64,000 bases of DNA from Spirochaetia bacterium (GTDB lineage Bacteria; Spirochaetota; Spirochaetia; CADAEX01), in NCBI GenBank assembly GCA_963662795.1, contig OY759746.1:896001-960000 (forward strand), read 5' to 3'. The notes beneath the pieces were generated by a model. The model saw only the letters and a program-made list of their open reading frames with translations. It made no database searches and was not told where the DNA came from. The position numbers were made by a program, and so were the translations under genes. Of the stretch, positions 28,679 to 37,861 are shown one piece after another. Within the stretch, counting starts at the first letter, position 1; every line of letters starts with the position of its first letter.

Positions 28679-29553
28679 TCAGAGTCAGGAATATCGAAGA
28701 AAAAATAATCACACTCCCCTCTTTTTTATGGCTGTTTTTTCTTTTTCTTGTTCCCACAGTTCTCGTCATATTTATCAGCTTCTGCCCGTCAGATACATAC
28801 GGTAATATCAAAAGCGGATTTACATTAAAAGCATATTCAGAGATAATTAATCCCGCTTTTCCGGCTATAATGTTCAGAACTCTCAAGATCAGTCTCTATA
28901 CAACAGCCATCTGTCTTGCCGCAGGGATTCCCGTAGCATATGAAATGGCAAAAATGGAGAGAAAATGGCAGCAGAATCTCATGATGCTGATAATAATTCC
29001 GTTCTGGACAAATTTTTTAATCAGAATTTACGCGTGGAAAATAATCCTCCATCCTGAAGGTTTTTTAAAACATTTCCTTACCGCGCTCAGAATCGTGCCT
29101 GAATCATCATCCCTTCTCTATAATGAGGGGGCAGTGCTTCTTGTGCTTGTCTACACATATCTCCCTTTTGCGATACTGCCGCTCTATTCGGCTGCCGAGA
29201 AGTTCGACTTCCACCTGCTTGAGGCTGCACGCGACATAGGGAGCTCTCCGGTGAGGGCCTTTTTTAAAATATTCCTTCCCGGAATAAGCCAGGGAATGAT
29301 ATCGGCTGTAATGGTTGTATTCATTCCCGCGCTCGGTTCATATGTTATACCCGATATGGTAGGGGGGCCGCACAGCGAGATGCTCGGCAACAAGATTGCG
29401 CAGAGGGTCTTTATAGACAGAAATCTGCCGCGGGGCAGCGCGCTGTCAACTATACTTATTCTTGCGTTTATTATTCCGCCGCTTCTGCAGCTTATCATCA
29501 GAAAAACAAAAAAATCCATCAGAATTACGCTGCCGGGAGTACTTAACAAATGA
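28675..29553 (+). CDS. potB: Spermidine/putrescine ABC permease
   Basis: IPFWTNFLIRIYAW, YLPFAILPLY and LLEAARDIG motifs. Confidence 0.92.
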   Translation: MIRVRNIEEKIITLPSFLWLFFLFLVPTVLVIFISFCPSDTYGNIKSGFTLKAYSEIINPAFPAIMFRTLKISLYTTAICLAAGIPVAYEMAKMERKWQQNLMMLIIIPFWTNFLIRIYAWKIILHPEGFLKHFLTALRIVPESSSLLYNEGAVLLVLVYTYLPFAILPLYSAAEKFDFHLLEAARDIGSSPVRAFFKIFLPGISQGMISAVMVVFIPALGSYVIPDMVGGPHSEMLGNKIAQRVFIDRNLPRGSALSTILILAFIIPPLLQLIIRKTKKSIRITLPGVLNK

Positions 29554-30320
29554 GGCGCAGCAGATTTCCCCTTTACCTTACAATCGCGGTTCTATTATTC
29601 TTCTGGGTACCGATAATAATTCTTGTTGCAAACTCATTTAACGGCTCCAGATTCGGATCGGTATGGGGCGGTTTCTCGTTAAAGTGGTATGTAAAGCTTT
29701 TCGCAGACAGAAGTGTCTGGAGATCGCTGCAGAATACAGCGATTGTAGCCTCAGTATCTACCGCTGTTTCACTTGTCCTCGGAAGCCTCGCCGGATTTAC
29801 CTTATTCAGATATAAAACAAAGCTTCAGAAATTTCACCTGGGCCTTGTATCCCTGCCGCTTGTTATTCCCGATATCCTCATGGGTATGAGCCTTCTCCTT
29901 TTCTTTATATCCCTTAAAATCAGGCTGGGACTCTTTACAGTCATTTTAGGTCATATAACGTTCTGCATAAGTTATGTCGCGGTAACTATACTTGCGAGGC
30001 TTCAGGACTTCGACTACAGGATTGTTGAAGCGGCACGCGATCTCGGCGCAAAAGGATGGATCCTTTTCATGAGAATATATATGCCGCTTCTGGCGCCGGG
30101 GCTGCTGGCAGGGGCCATGCTGTCCCTTACCCTGTCGCTTGACGATTTTATAATCACCTTTTTCACCGCCGGCCCCGGCTCATCCACTCTGCCGCTTCAG
30201 ATCTACAGTATGATAAAATTCGGATCCCCTCCGATGATAAACGCGCTTTCAACGCTTTTTTTAATGATGACATTTCTGATCGCCTTTGCGTATCAGAGAA
30301 TTACAAGGAGAAACACATGA
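29550..30320 (+). CDS. potC: Spermidine/putrescine ABC permease
   Basis: GFSLKWY, EAARDLGA, SLDDF and TLPLQIYSM motifs. Confidence 0.92.
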   Translation: MRRSRFPLYLTIAVLLFFWVPIIILVANSFNGSRFGSVWGGFSLKWYVKLFADRSVWRSLQNTAIVASVSTAVSLVLGSLAGFTLFRYKTKLQKFHLGLVSLPLVIPDILMGMSLLLFFISLKIRLGLFTVILGHITFCISYVAVTILARLQDFDYRIVEAARDLGAKGWILFMRIYMPLLAPGLLAGAMLSLTLSLDDFIITFFTAGPGSSTLPLQIYSMIKFGSPPMINALSTLFLMMTFLIAFAYQRITRRNT

Positions 30321-31354
30321 AAAATTTTATTAGGCTCTTTATTCTGGTATCTGCAGCAATAATGCCCTTATCCTGCGGCAACTCAAAACCTGTGCTTTAT
30401 ATTTACAACTGGTCTGATTATGTCAAGGAAGACCTGATAACCGGATTTGAAAAAGAATATGACTGTAAAGTGGTTATGGATTTTTTCGATTCAAATGAAT
30501 CCATGTACGCGAAACTAAAAGCAGGGGCATCGGGATATGATATTGTTTTCCCGACAGCCTACATGGTGCAGATAATGTCTCATGACGGAATGATCTCAGA
30601 AATAGATCATTCAAAAATACCGAACCTGGGAAACATTGACGAAAAATATCTTCCGTTCGCGCTTGACCCTGAAATGAAATACAGTGTTCCCTATATGCTG
30701 AGCAATTCAGGAATAGGTTACCTTTCAGACAGGGTGGATGATTCGTTTATCCCGTCATGGGGTATTTTCGGCGATTCCAGATACGCCGGCAGAATGACAA
30801 TGCTCAACGATATGAGGGAATCAATTGGAGCCGCGCTTAAATATCTGGGCTACAGCATGAACTCAACAAATCCTGATGAGCTTGAAAAGGCCGGCGACAT
30901 TTTAATCAGCTGGAAAAAGAACCTCGCTAAATTTGAGGCTGACCAGTACAAGAACGGCCTTGTCTCTGAAGAGTTTATCATTACACACGGCTACAGCGGC
31001 GATATATTCCAGGTAATGGAGGAAAACGATAAAATAGCTTACGCAATTCCGGTTGAAGGGACAACAGTATCATGCGACAGCATGGTCATACTTAAAGACT
31101 CAAAAAACACCGATCTTGCCTATTCCTTTATCAATTACATGCTTGAACCGGAAGTCGCTGCAGAGAATATCGAGTATGTTTATTATATAGCGCCAAATAA
31201 ACCTGCCTATGAACTTGTAAGCGAAGAAACAAGGAACGAGCCTGCCGTTTTTCTCACAGATGAAATGCTTATGAAGAGCGAGGTCCTTCTTGATCTGGGA
31301 GAAGCCAATTTGCTTTATTCCGGAATATGGGATAAGGTTAAAGCTGCGAATTAA
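30317..31354 (+). CDS. potD: Spermidine/putrescine-binding lipoprotein
   Basis: Lipobox PLSC, YNWSDY, FDSNESMYAKL and YSVPY motifs. Confidence 0.92.
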   Translation: MKNFIRLFILVSAAIMPLSCGNSKPVLYIYNWSDYVKEDLITGFEKEYDCKVVMDFFDSNESMYAKLKAGASGYDIVFPTAYMVQIMSHDGMISEIDHSKIPNLGNIDEKYLPFALDPEMKYSVPYMLSNSGIGYLSDRVDDSFIPSWGIFGDSRYAGRMTMLNDMRESIGAALKYLGYSMNSTNPDELEKAGDILISWKKNLAKFEADQYKNGLVSEEFIITHGYSGDIFQVMEENDKIAYAIPVEGTTVSCDSMVILKDSKNTDLAYSFINYMLEPEVAAENIEYVYYIAPNKPAYELVSEETRNEPAVFLTDEMLMKSEVLLDLGEANLLYSGIWDKVKAAN

Positions 31355-31371
31355 CAGATCAGGAGAAAATT

Positions 31372-32169
31372 ATGAATAAAATCGGAATTCTCGGCTTCGG
31401 GAATATGGGAGAAGCTATAGTAAAGGGAATAATAAAAAAACACCCTGATGCAGAAATTACAGTTTTTGATAAATCCGAAGAAAAACTCAACAGGAGCGTA
31501 ACGGTCTACAGGACTGTTGCTGCCGAATCAATGAAAGAACTTTTTGCCTCTTCAGAAACAGTAATACTCGCAATCAAGCCCCAGGATACAGACGCGTTTC
31601 TTAAGGAAATATCAGGATACTCAAAATCAAAAAATATAATTTCTGTAATTGCCGGTAAAGCAACAGGCATTTTTTCCGATTCGCTTAAAACAGACAATAT
31701 ATGCCGGTTTATGCCCAACCTTGCAGCACAATGCGGGAAAGCTGTTACGGCAATTTCTTTTCATGAAAATACAGAAGAAGGTTTTATCCCTGAAGCTGTT
31801 GAAATAGCAGAGTCATTCGGAAAAGCTGTAGTTATCCCCGAAAAACTGATGCCGGCCTTTACCGCCCTTTCAGGATCGGGAATTGCATTTGTTTTTCAGT
31901 TTATTCACGCAATGGCAATGGGCGGCGTCAGGGCAGGCTTCACATACAATGAATCCGTCAATATAGCCCTGTCAGCGGCAGAGGGCGCGGTTGAAACTGT
32001 AAAAGCTTCAGGGATAAGTCCTTTGGACCTTGTAACAGCTGTGGCATCCCCTTCCGGAACTACAATCGAAGGGCTCAGAATTCTTGAGGGCAGCGGTTTT
32101 AACGCGTCAGTTATGGATGCTGTTTACGCCTCATACAGAAGAGCGGCTGAAATCGAAGAGACTTACTAA
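31372..32169 (+). CDS. proC: Pyrroline-5-carboxylate reductase
   Basis: GFGNMG, LAIKPQ, RFMPN, TALSGSG.AF and V.SPSGTTIEG motifs. Confidence 0.93.
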   Translation: MNKIGILGFGNMGEAIVKGIIKKHPDAEITVFDKSEEKLNRSVTVYRTVAAESMKELFASSETVILAIKPQDTDAFLKEISGYSKSKNIISVIAGKATGIFSDSLKTDNICRFMPNLAAQCGKAVTAISFHENTEEGFIPEAVEIAESFGKAVVIPEKLMPAFTALSGSGIAFVFQFIHAMAMGGVRAGFTYNESVNIALSAAEGAVETVKASGISPLDLVTAVASPSGTTIEGLRILEGSGFNASVMDAVYASYRRAAEIEETY

Positions 32170-32177
32170 ATTTTAAG

Positions 32178-32939
32178 TCAGGCAGGATCTGGATGTTCCT
32201 GCCAGTATTTCTTTACATCATGAATAAGCGCGTCCATGTGCTTTATCAGGCTCTTTTCAGCTTTTCTGCTGTCATGCTCACAGAGAGCTTCATATATCTC
32301 ACGGTGATTTCTCAAATAGCTGCCGGAAGCTTTTTTCCTCATATACTCAAACAGCTCAGACTGCTGCCCAAGCCGTGAAATAATCAGATATATCTGTGAG
32401 AGGATTTCATTTCTTGAGGCTGATGCAATAAGTGAATGAAACTCGATATCAAGAGAGGAGATACTTTCCTCTTTTTTTATATGTGCTTCCCGCACTTCAA
32501 GAAGTTCCTTAAGCCTTGAAAGCTCTTCCTCAGTAATATTTTTTGCCGCAAGTTTCACAGTGGCTGATTCAATAATTCTCCTTGTTTCAAGAATCATTAT
32601 AAAGGTTTTAAGAGTTTTTGAGCCAAGCATATTATCCAGTTCACTGCGGAGATTATTAACATGATTTCTTTCAAGGGCTTCACGCATCGCATTTTTTCCG
32701 CTTGGAGTAATGATTCTTCCCTTATTTCTATCCTTTGTAAGATATCCCTTCCACTCAAGACTATTCAGTATTCGCCCGATACTTGCCTGGCTGATATTTA
32801 TTCCCTGATCTTCAATAATTTCAGTGAGGTTGCCTGAACCTATAGGGCTGTCAAGATTCTGAAGTATCTGTAATATTAAAATCTCTTTTTCCCCGGTTAT
32901 GCCTTTTCTGTTTGAAGACCGGGAAATTTTACGTGTCAT
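32178..32939 (-). CDS. FCD-domain (FadR/GntR-like) transcriptional regulator with an NrpR/HrcA-like winged helix
   Basis: N-terminal PIGSGNL...ISQASIGRIL..LE.KGY...KGRIIT; C-terminal E.RRIIE, DIEFH..IA.AS.N, H..IYEAL and HM motifs. Confidence 0.85.
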   Translation of the reverse strand: MTRKISRSSNRKGITGEKEILILQILQNLDSPIGSGNLTEIIEDQGINISQASIGRILNSLEWKGYLTKDRNKGRIITPSGKNAMREALERNHVNNLRSELDNMLGSKTLKTFIMILETRRIIESATVKLAAKNITEEELSRLKELLEVREAHIKKEESISSLDIEFHSLIASASRNEILSQIYLIISRLGQQSELFEYMRKKASGSYLRNHREIYEALCEHDSRKAEKSLIKHMDALIHDVKKYWQEHPDPA

Positions 32940-33619
32940 GCATTACTCTTATTGTCATATTTTTTTGTATAATATACCCATTCACTTGTGGGTTTGTGTA
33001 TTTTAAGGTCATCCTGCCTAAGCGGTTCCGGCGTTCCTTTCATCGACGCGTACAGCATGATCCTGGCGTTTGTCTCAAGGGCAAAAGCGTTGACCGCCGC
33101 TTCTTCTACAGTTGCCCCGACAGTGACAATACCATGTCCCCGGAGCATCAGGCCTTTGCGGTCCTGAATTGCATCAGCTGTCGATTTTCCTTTTTCTTCT
33201 GTATCAATCTGCCCTGCATAATCAAGAACGGGGACATCCGGAAAAAACTGCGCCGCCCTGTAATATACAGGGAACATCGGTTTTCTGTCAATGCTGCATG
33301 CTATACAGTATTCCGGATGACCATGGACTATAGCCATTACATCAGGTCTTGCTTTATAAATTTCCGTATGGATAAAAAGCTCGCCCGGGGGCTCATACTT
33401 TCCTTCTATTGTTTTTCCTGATTTATCCATTAGAATAATATCATCTTCAGTAATCTGATCAAGAGTTTTATGTTCCTTATGCGCATGCCCCAGTATTACG
33501 ATGTTTCCGGATTCCTTGTCCCTGAAGCTGACGTGACCAACCATCAAGGTCAGTATTCCGCCCCCGGAGAGTGTCCGCACAGCCTGTGCAATTTCTTTTT
33601 TCTTTTCAAGTAGATTCAT
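32936..33619 (-). CDS. Class II aldolase/adducin family protein (possible decarboxylase)
   Basis: GHVS.R, PPGELFIHTEIYKARPDV.AIVH.HP and LRGHG Zn-binding motifs. Likely start is the ATG at 33619. Confidence 0.88.
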   Translation of the reverse strand: MNLLEKKKEIAQAVRTLSGGGILTLMVGHVSFRDKESGNIVILGHAHKEHKTLDQITEDDIILMDKSGKTIEGKYEPPGELFIHTEIYKARPDVMAIVHGHPEYCIACSIDRKPMFPVYYRAAQFFPDVPVLDYAGQIDTEEKGKSTADAIQDRKGLMLRGHGIVTVGATVEEAAVNAFALETNARIMLYASMKGTPEPLRQDDLKIHKPTSEWVYYTKKYDNKSNA

Positions 33620-33645
33620 TGTATTTATTCCTTTCACTTACAAAA

Positions 33646-35142
33646 TTATCCTATCTTGTGAATAATATTTTTACCCTTTTTTTTAACAAATACCGGAATA
33701 AAAATAACAAGCAAAATAAGACATATAATTACAAGATTGATATATCCGGTAATAAAAGTCGTATATGAGCCGTCAGAGATCATTATCGCACGCATAAAAT
33801 TCTTCTCTGCCAGCGGGCCCAGAATAACAGCCATTAAAAGAGGAATAATCGGATAACTTAATCTTCTCATGGCATAGGCAACCAATCCTATTAAAACGGC
33901 AGCTACAACCTCGGCAGGGTTATTGTGAAGGGCAAATGCGCCTGTGGCGGCAAAAAGCCAAATGAGCGGAATAAGAGTGTTGATCGGTACCAGGGTAATT
34001 TTAGCAAAAAATCCGGCTAGACTTAATCCCGCAATCCAGAAAGAAACCTGCGCAAGTATCAATGCAATAAACAGAATACCGACAAGAGATGGATTATTCA
34101 TAAACAGATCTTTGCCGGGGGAAATCCCGTACATCATCAGCCCTGCAAGAAAAACAGCGGAATCAGAGTTCCCGGGTATTCCAAGCGTCAACGCCGGAAT
34201 AAGCGCCCCACCCTGTACTGCGTTGTTTGCTGTCTCGGCTGCTACAAGCCCCTCAGCTGAACCATTGTTGAAAAGTTCAGGATATTTTGCCGACCTTTCA
34301 GCCTCACCATAGGCTACAACCGATGCCGCACTTGTACCAATACCGGGAGCAAATCCAAACAGTGTGCCGATTGCAGCTGATTTTATTAAGTGTCTCCAGT
34401 TTTTAAAAGTTAAAACAATCCCTTCCATATATGAACCGCTGATATCATTTACCTTGCTGATAGAGCAGGAGGTTTCCGATAAAAATGCGAAAACCTGGGC
34501 AACAGCAAAAAGTCCGATAACTACGACCAGAAAAGGGATACCATCCGTCAGATAGTCAATTCCGAATGTATACCTGATTTCCCCCGATATTATGTCATAC
34601 CCTACAAAACTGATCATTAGACCTAAACCGGCGGCAATAATTCCTTTTACTGTTGAGCCCTTGATAGTGGCAGAGATCATCACAAGACCGAATACTGTAA
34701 GCATAAAATATTCAGAAGGCCCGAACTTCATTGCAAAAGCTGCCAGAGGGGGGGCAAAAATAATCAGACAGAGTACTCCGGCAATACCCCCGATCATCGA
34801 AGATGTGGCGCACATTGCAAGAGCGGCTTTTGCCTTACCTGCACGGGCCATGGGAAAACCTTCAATCGCGGTAACAACATTTGCACCTGTTCCGGGAGTA
34901 TTTATCAGTACCGAGCTTATTGAACCTCCATATACTGCGGCAGCCCATGCAGCGACAAGAGTAATCAATCCCTGTTCCTTGGGGAAAAAAAACGTTACAG
35001 GAATCAGCAGCGCCATGGTAAGACTTGCTCCAATTCCAGGGAGAATTCCCGCGGTAATGCCGATTATTGTTCCGGTAAAAAACCAGATAATATTAATCGG
35101 AGTTAAAATTGTAAGAAGTGAATCAAATAGAATCTCAATCAT
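33646..35142 (-). CDS. tctA: Tripartite tricarboxylate transporter large permease
   Basis: GILPGIG, YGGSISSVLINTPG, EG.PMAR.G, AAETANNA and LTLGIPG motifs. Confidence 0.93.
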   Translation of the reverse strand: MIEILFDSLLTILTPINIIWFFTGTIIGITAGILPGIGASLTMALLIPVTFFFPKEQGLITLVAAWAAAVYGGSISSVLINTPGTGANVVTAIEGFPMARAGKAKAALAMCATSSMIGGIAGVLCLIIFAPPLAAFAMKFGPSEYFMLTVFGLVMISATIKGSTVKGIIAAGLGLMISFVGYDIISGEIRYTFGIDYLTDGIPFLVVVIGLFAVAQVFAFLSETSCSISKVNDISGSYMEGIVLTFKNWRHLIKSAAIGTLFGFAPGIGTSAASVVAYGEAERSAKYPELFNNGSAEGLVAAETANNAVQGGALIPALTLGIPGNSDSAVFLAGLMMYGISPGKDLFMNNPSLVGILFIALILAQVSFWIAGLSLAGFFAKITLVPINTLIPLIWLFAATGAFALHNNPAEVVAAVLIGLVAYAMRRLSYPIIPLLMAVILGPLAEKNFMRAIMISDGSYTTFITGYINLVIICLILLVIFIPVFVKKKGKNIIHKIG

Positions 35143-35154
35143 TTTAGTACTCCT

Positions 35155-35643
35155 TTATAACAGATTCTGAAGGATTCCGGCAGGAAGCGGCACTCCGAGG
35201 AAAGTACCGAATACCCAGTATAGCCCCAATGTCAGAAGAACAGCAGATATAATCAATGCTCTCTTGTTTTTAGCACCCAGGAAATAACCCATTCCGACAG
35301 TTACAATGATTGAGGATATTATAAAACCTGCGATATGCCACAATACAACTGTCATGACCATGAAGGTTAAAGTGATCATGATTTCTTTAACCGGAATTTT
35401 TGACCTCTCTTTTGCAGTATTATCAGATACTCCTGATGTCATTCTATTTTTTCTTTCTGCCGCAGCCATTACCAGGCAGTCAATTAAAATAAAAACAAGG
35501 GTAACTGATCCTATCAAAAGAGGCAGTCTTGCAGCCCGCTCGCTCAAATTAAAAGAATTTAAAAAAATCAGAATCACAAACCCGGCAATAAACATGTCAA
35601 AATAGAATGCACCTGCCTTTTTACCGAAAATTTTATTTGTCAT
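35155..35643 (-). CDS. tctB: Tripartite tricarboxylate transporter small permease
   Basis: About 4-5 TM segments with a C-terminal F..FLGVPLPAG; lies between tctC and tctA. Confidence 0.85.
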   Translation of the reverse strand: MTNKIFGKKAGAFYFDMFIAGFVILIFLNSFNLSERAARLPLLIGSVTLVFILIDCLVMAAAERKNRMTSGVSDNTAKERSKIPVKEIMITLTFMVMTVVLWHIAGFIISSIIVTVGMGYFLGAKNKRALIISAVLLTLGLYWVFGTFLGVPLPAGILQNLL

Positions 35644-35673
35644 CTATACTCCTTTGCTGTAATGGTAAAGGGA

Positions 35674-35703
35674 CGGGTATGGACTTATTAAGATCCATAC
35701 CCG
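35674..35703. terminator. Intercistronic hairpin after tctC
   Basis: cgggtatgga...tccatacccg, a perfect 10-bp stem. Confidence 0.55.
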
Positions 35704-35714
35704 CGCAAAACAAC

Positions 35715-36755
35715 CTATTTAGCGGTTTTTAACAGGTCAAGAACTGAATTGATGCTGTCATAATCTTCCATGGTTGTGCTTAAGAACTCTTCCGAGCTTA
35801 AAGGCTCAACAAGAATGGAGGTTCTCTCCGCCCATGCCAGAAATTCCTTGTCCTGGCATGCCTTAAGAATAACCTTTTCGTATTTTTTCTGAATTTCTTT
35901 CGGTGTCCCTGGAGGAGCCCATGCTCCGACTCCGTAGGGAATTACAACACCTTTATAGCCGAGTTCAAGCATGGTAGGTGTATCAGGAAGCATTCTGCTC
36001 CTTTTCGGGCCGTGTATAGCTACAGTTTTAACATCACCCTGTTTTTCATATCTTGCAGAACTTGACACAGGCATGAGACCGAAATCGACATGTCCACCGA
36101 TTACTGCATTGGCAACTTCAGCAGTACTGTCAAAGGGGATAAAATCAGCATTCATTTTTACTTTTTCCCTTAAAAATACAGCCTGCAACTGAGAGGTTGA
36201 ACCAAGTCCGCCCCCTCCGGCCGCTTTAAGTTTCTTTGTTTTGCCTGCTTCCATAAGATCATTAAAACTCTTATAAGGCGATTTTGATGAGACAAGCACA
36301 GTCCGGTAATCTCCTCCAAGCCAAGCACCGAGGTGGACAAATTCCTTCATTGAATATTTTGATTCAGGATAAAGAAGCTCTCCTATCAGCCGTGATGGAA
36401 ACGCTGATACAACTATTGTGTATCCGTCTGGAGCGGCCGCAAATGCTTCCTGCATTGCTCTTCTGCCGCCCTGTCCTTCAAGGTTTTCAGGAACAACAGG
36501 AATACCGAACTCTTTTTCAAAATAAGGGGCCATTGCTCTGGCCGGTAAATCAACGCTTCCGCCTACACCATGTGTAATTATAAGCCGGATTCTTTTCCCG
36601 CTTTCGGGCCACTGCATTTCAGCAGGAGCAGCAGAAGCAGTTTTTGCGTCTCCTGCAGCCGGACCCTCTTTCTTACCGCCTGCTGAAACAGGCAGACAGA
36701 TTACAACAGCAAGTAATAGTGCTGCTAAAATCAGGACAACTGACTTTTTTTTCAT
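35715..36755 (-). CDS. tctC: Tripartite tricarboxylate transporter substrate-binding protein (Bug/TctC)
   Basis: GGSVDL.AR, VPENLEGQGG, APDGYT, GGHVD, PDTPT..ELG and APPGTP motifs. Confidence 0.9.
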   Translation of the reverse strand: MKKKSVVLILAALLLAVVICLPVSAGGKKEGPAAGDAKTASAAPAEMQWPESGKRIRLIITHGVGGSVDLPARAMAPYFEKEFGIPVVPENLEGQGGRRAMQEAFAAAPDGYTIVVSAFPSRLIGELLYPESKYSMKEFVHLGAWLGGDYRTVLVSSKSPYKSFNDLMEAGKTKKLKAAGGGGLGSTSQLQAVFLREKVKMNADFIPFDSTAEVANAVIGGHVDFGLMPVSSSARYEKQGDVKTVAIHGPKRSRMLPDTPTMLELGYKGVVIPYGVGAWAPPGTPKEIQKKYEKVILKACQDKEFLAWAERTSILVEPLSSEEFLSTTMEDYDSINSVLDLLKTAK

Positions 36756-36817
36756 AAATGAACTCCTTGTTTAACAAAAATAGACCGCAACGCGGTTTAA
36801 GATAAATATACTTAGTA

Positions 36818-37858
36818 TCAATTCCATTGCGCCATCGGAACAGTAAGCAACGGAGGATCAGGAAGATGCTTAAGAGCAATTCCCCTGATTTTTTCAACTT
36901 CCTCATATCTGTTTTCTTCCATCAGCAAATCAAGATCCATTATTACTTTCTTTATTGTATCCGCATCACGGTAGGCAATCTTGCAGACCTGAACACCGGA
37001 AGCTCCGGCCATTATTGCCTCGAGAACGTCTTCTCCGGTTTCAATCCCGCCTGAACATACAAGAGGAATATCTGTCTGTTTTGCAAGATATGCCGTATGA
37101 AGAATTGTGCTGGGCTTTACTGTACCAGTGACCATCGGAGAAATCGGCATCTTTTTTTCGATCATCACTCTCAGGTTTCCCGGTAGAAGCGGTTCTCCTG
37201 TCGCAACATTAATTTTAAGATTGGGAAGTCTCCCCCCGACAAAACTGATGGCATCAGGTTTTGCTTTTGAAACTATCGCTGTAAAAAACTGGCGGTTTAA
37301 GAGTTTCTCAAGCGGGAGTTTTGCCCACACAGGAATTCTAAGTACCTTTTTCATTCCTGTTATGAGTTCAATTGCCCTTTCTGATTCTGATGACCACCAT
37401 TTACCAACCTGGGCATAATCTTCCCCCAGATGAGGCCCTGAAGAAGGACAGACCATATTAAGCTCTACAGCATCCGCTCCTGCTTCTTCATATTTTTTTG
37501 CTATTACAATCATCTCTTCCATTGTGTTGGCAGTAAAGCTTCCAATGATTTTGGAATTCTGCTTCCTTGAAAGCTCCTTCATCTCTGAAACAGCAATTGC
37601 CATTTTGTCAATTCCGGGATTTTTCAGCGCCTCAGCTCCGCTCAGGAGTTTCTTTTCTTTGGGATCATACCAGAACACAGTAGGCTTTGGAGCGCCCGGA
37701 AGCGCTTTGGTAGTTACTGTTTTAGTTACAATTGCTCCATATCCGCGGATGAGATGCTGCTCAATACCTTTCGCTGTACTTGTGTATCCGGCAGAGGCAA
37801 GGATTAAAGGATTTTTCAACACAAGTCCGCCGAAATTTATATTCATGTTTCCCATCAT
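36818..37858 (-). CDS. Dihydroorotate/dihydropyrimidine dehydrogenase-like FMN enzyme (divergent)
   Basis: LKNPLILAS, KTVT, ELNMVCP, P.WAKL and SGGI..GED..E.IMAGASGVQV motifs. Several substrate-binding Asn residues are absent. Confidence 0.8.
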   Translation of the reverse strand: MMGNMNINFGGLVLKNPLILASAGYTSTAKGIEQHLIRGYGAIVTKTVTTKALPGAPKPTVFWYDPKEKKLLSGAEALKNPGIDKMAIAVSEMKELSRKQNSKIIGSFTANTMEEMIVIAKKYEEAGADAVELNMVCPSSGPHLGEDYAQVGKWWSSESERAIELITGMKKVLRIPVWAKLPLEKLLNRQFFTAIVSKAKPDAISFVGGRLPNLKINVATGEPLLPGNLRVMIEKKMPISPMVTGTVKPSTILHTAYLAKQTDIPLVCSGGIETGEDVLEAIMAGASGVQVCKIAYRDADTIKKVIMDLDLLMEENRYEEVEKIRGIALKHLPDPPLLTVPMAQWN

Positions 37859-37861
37859 TTC

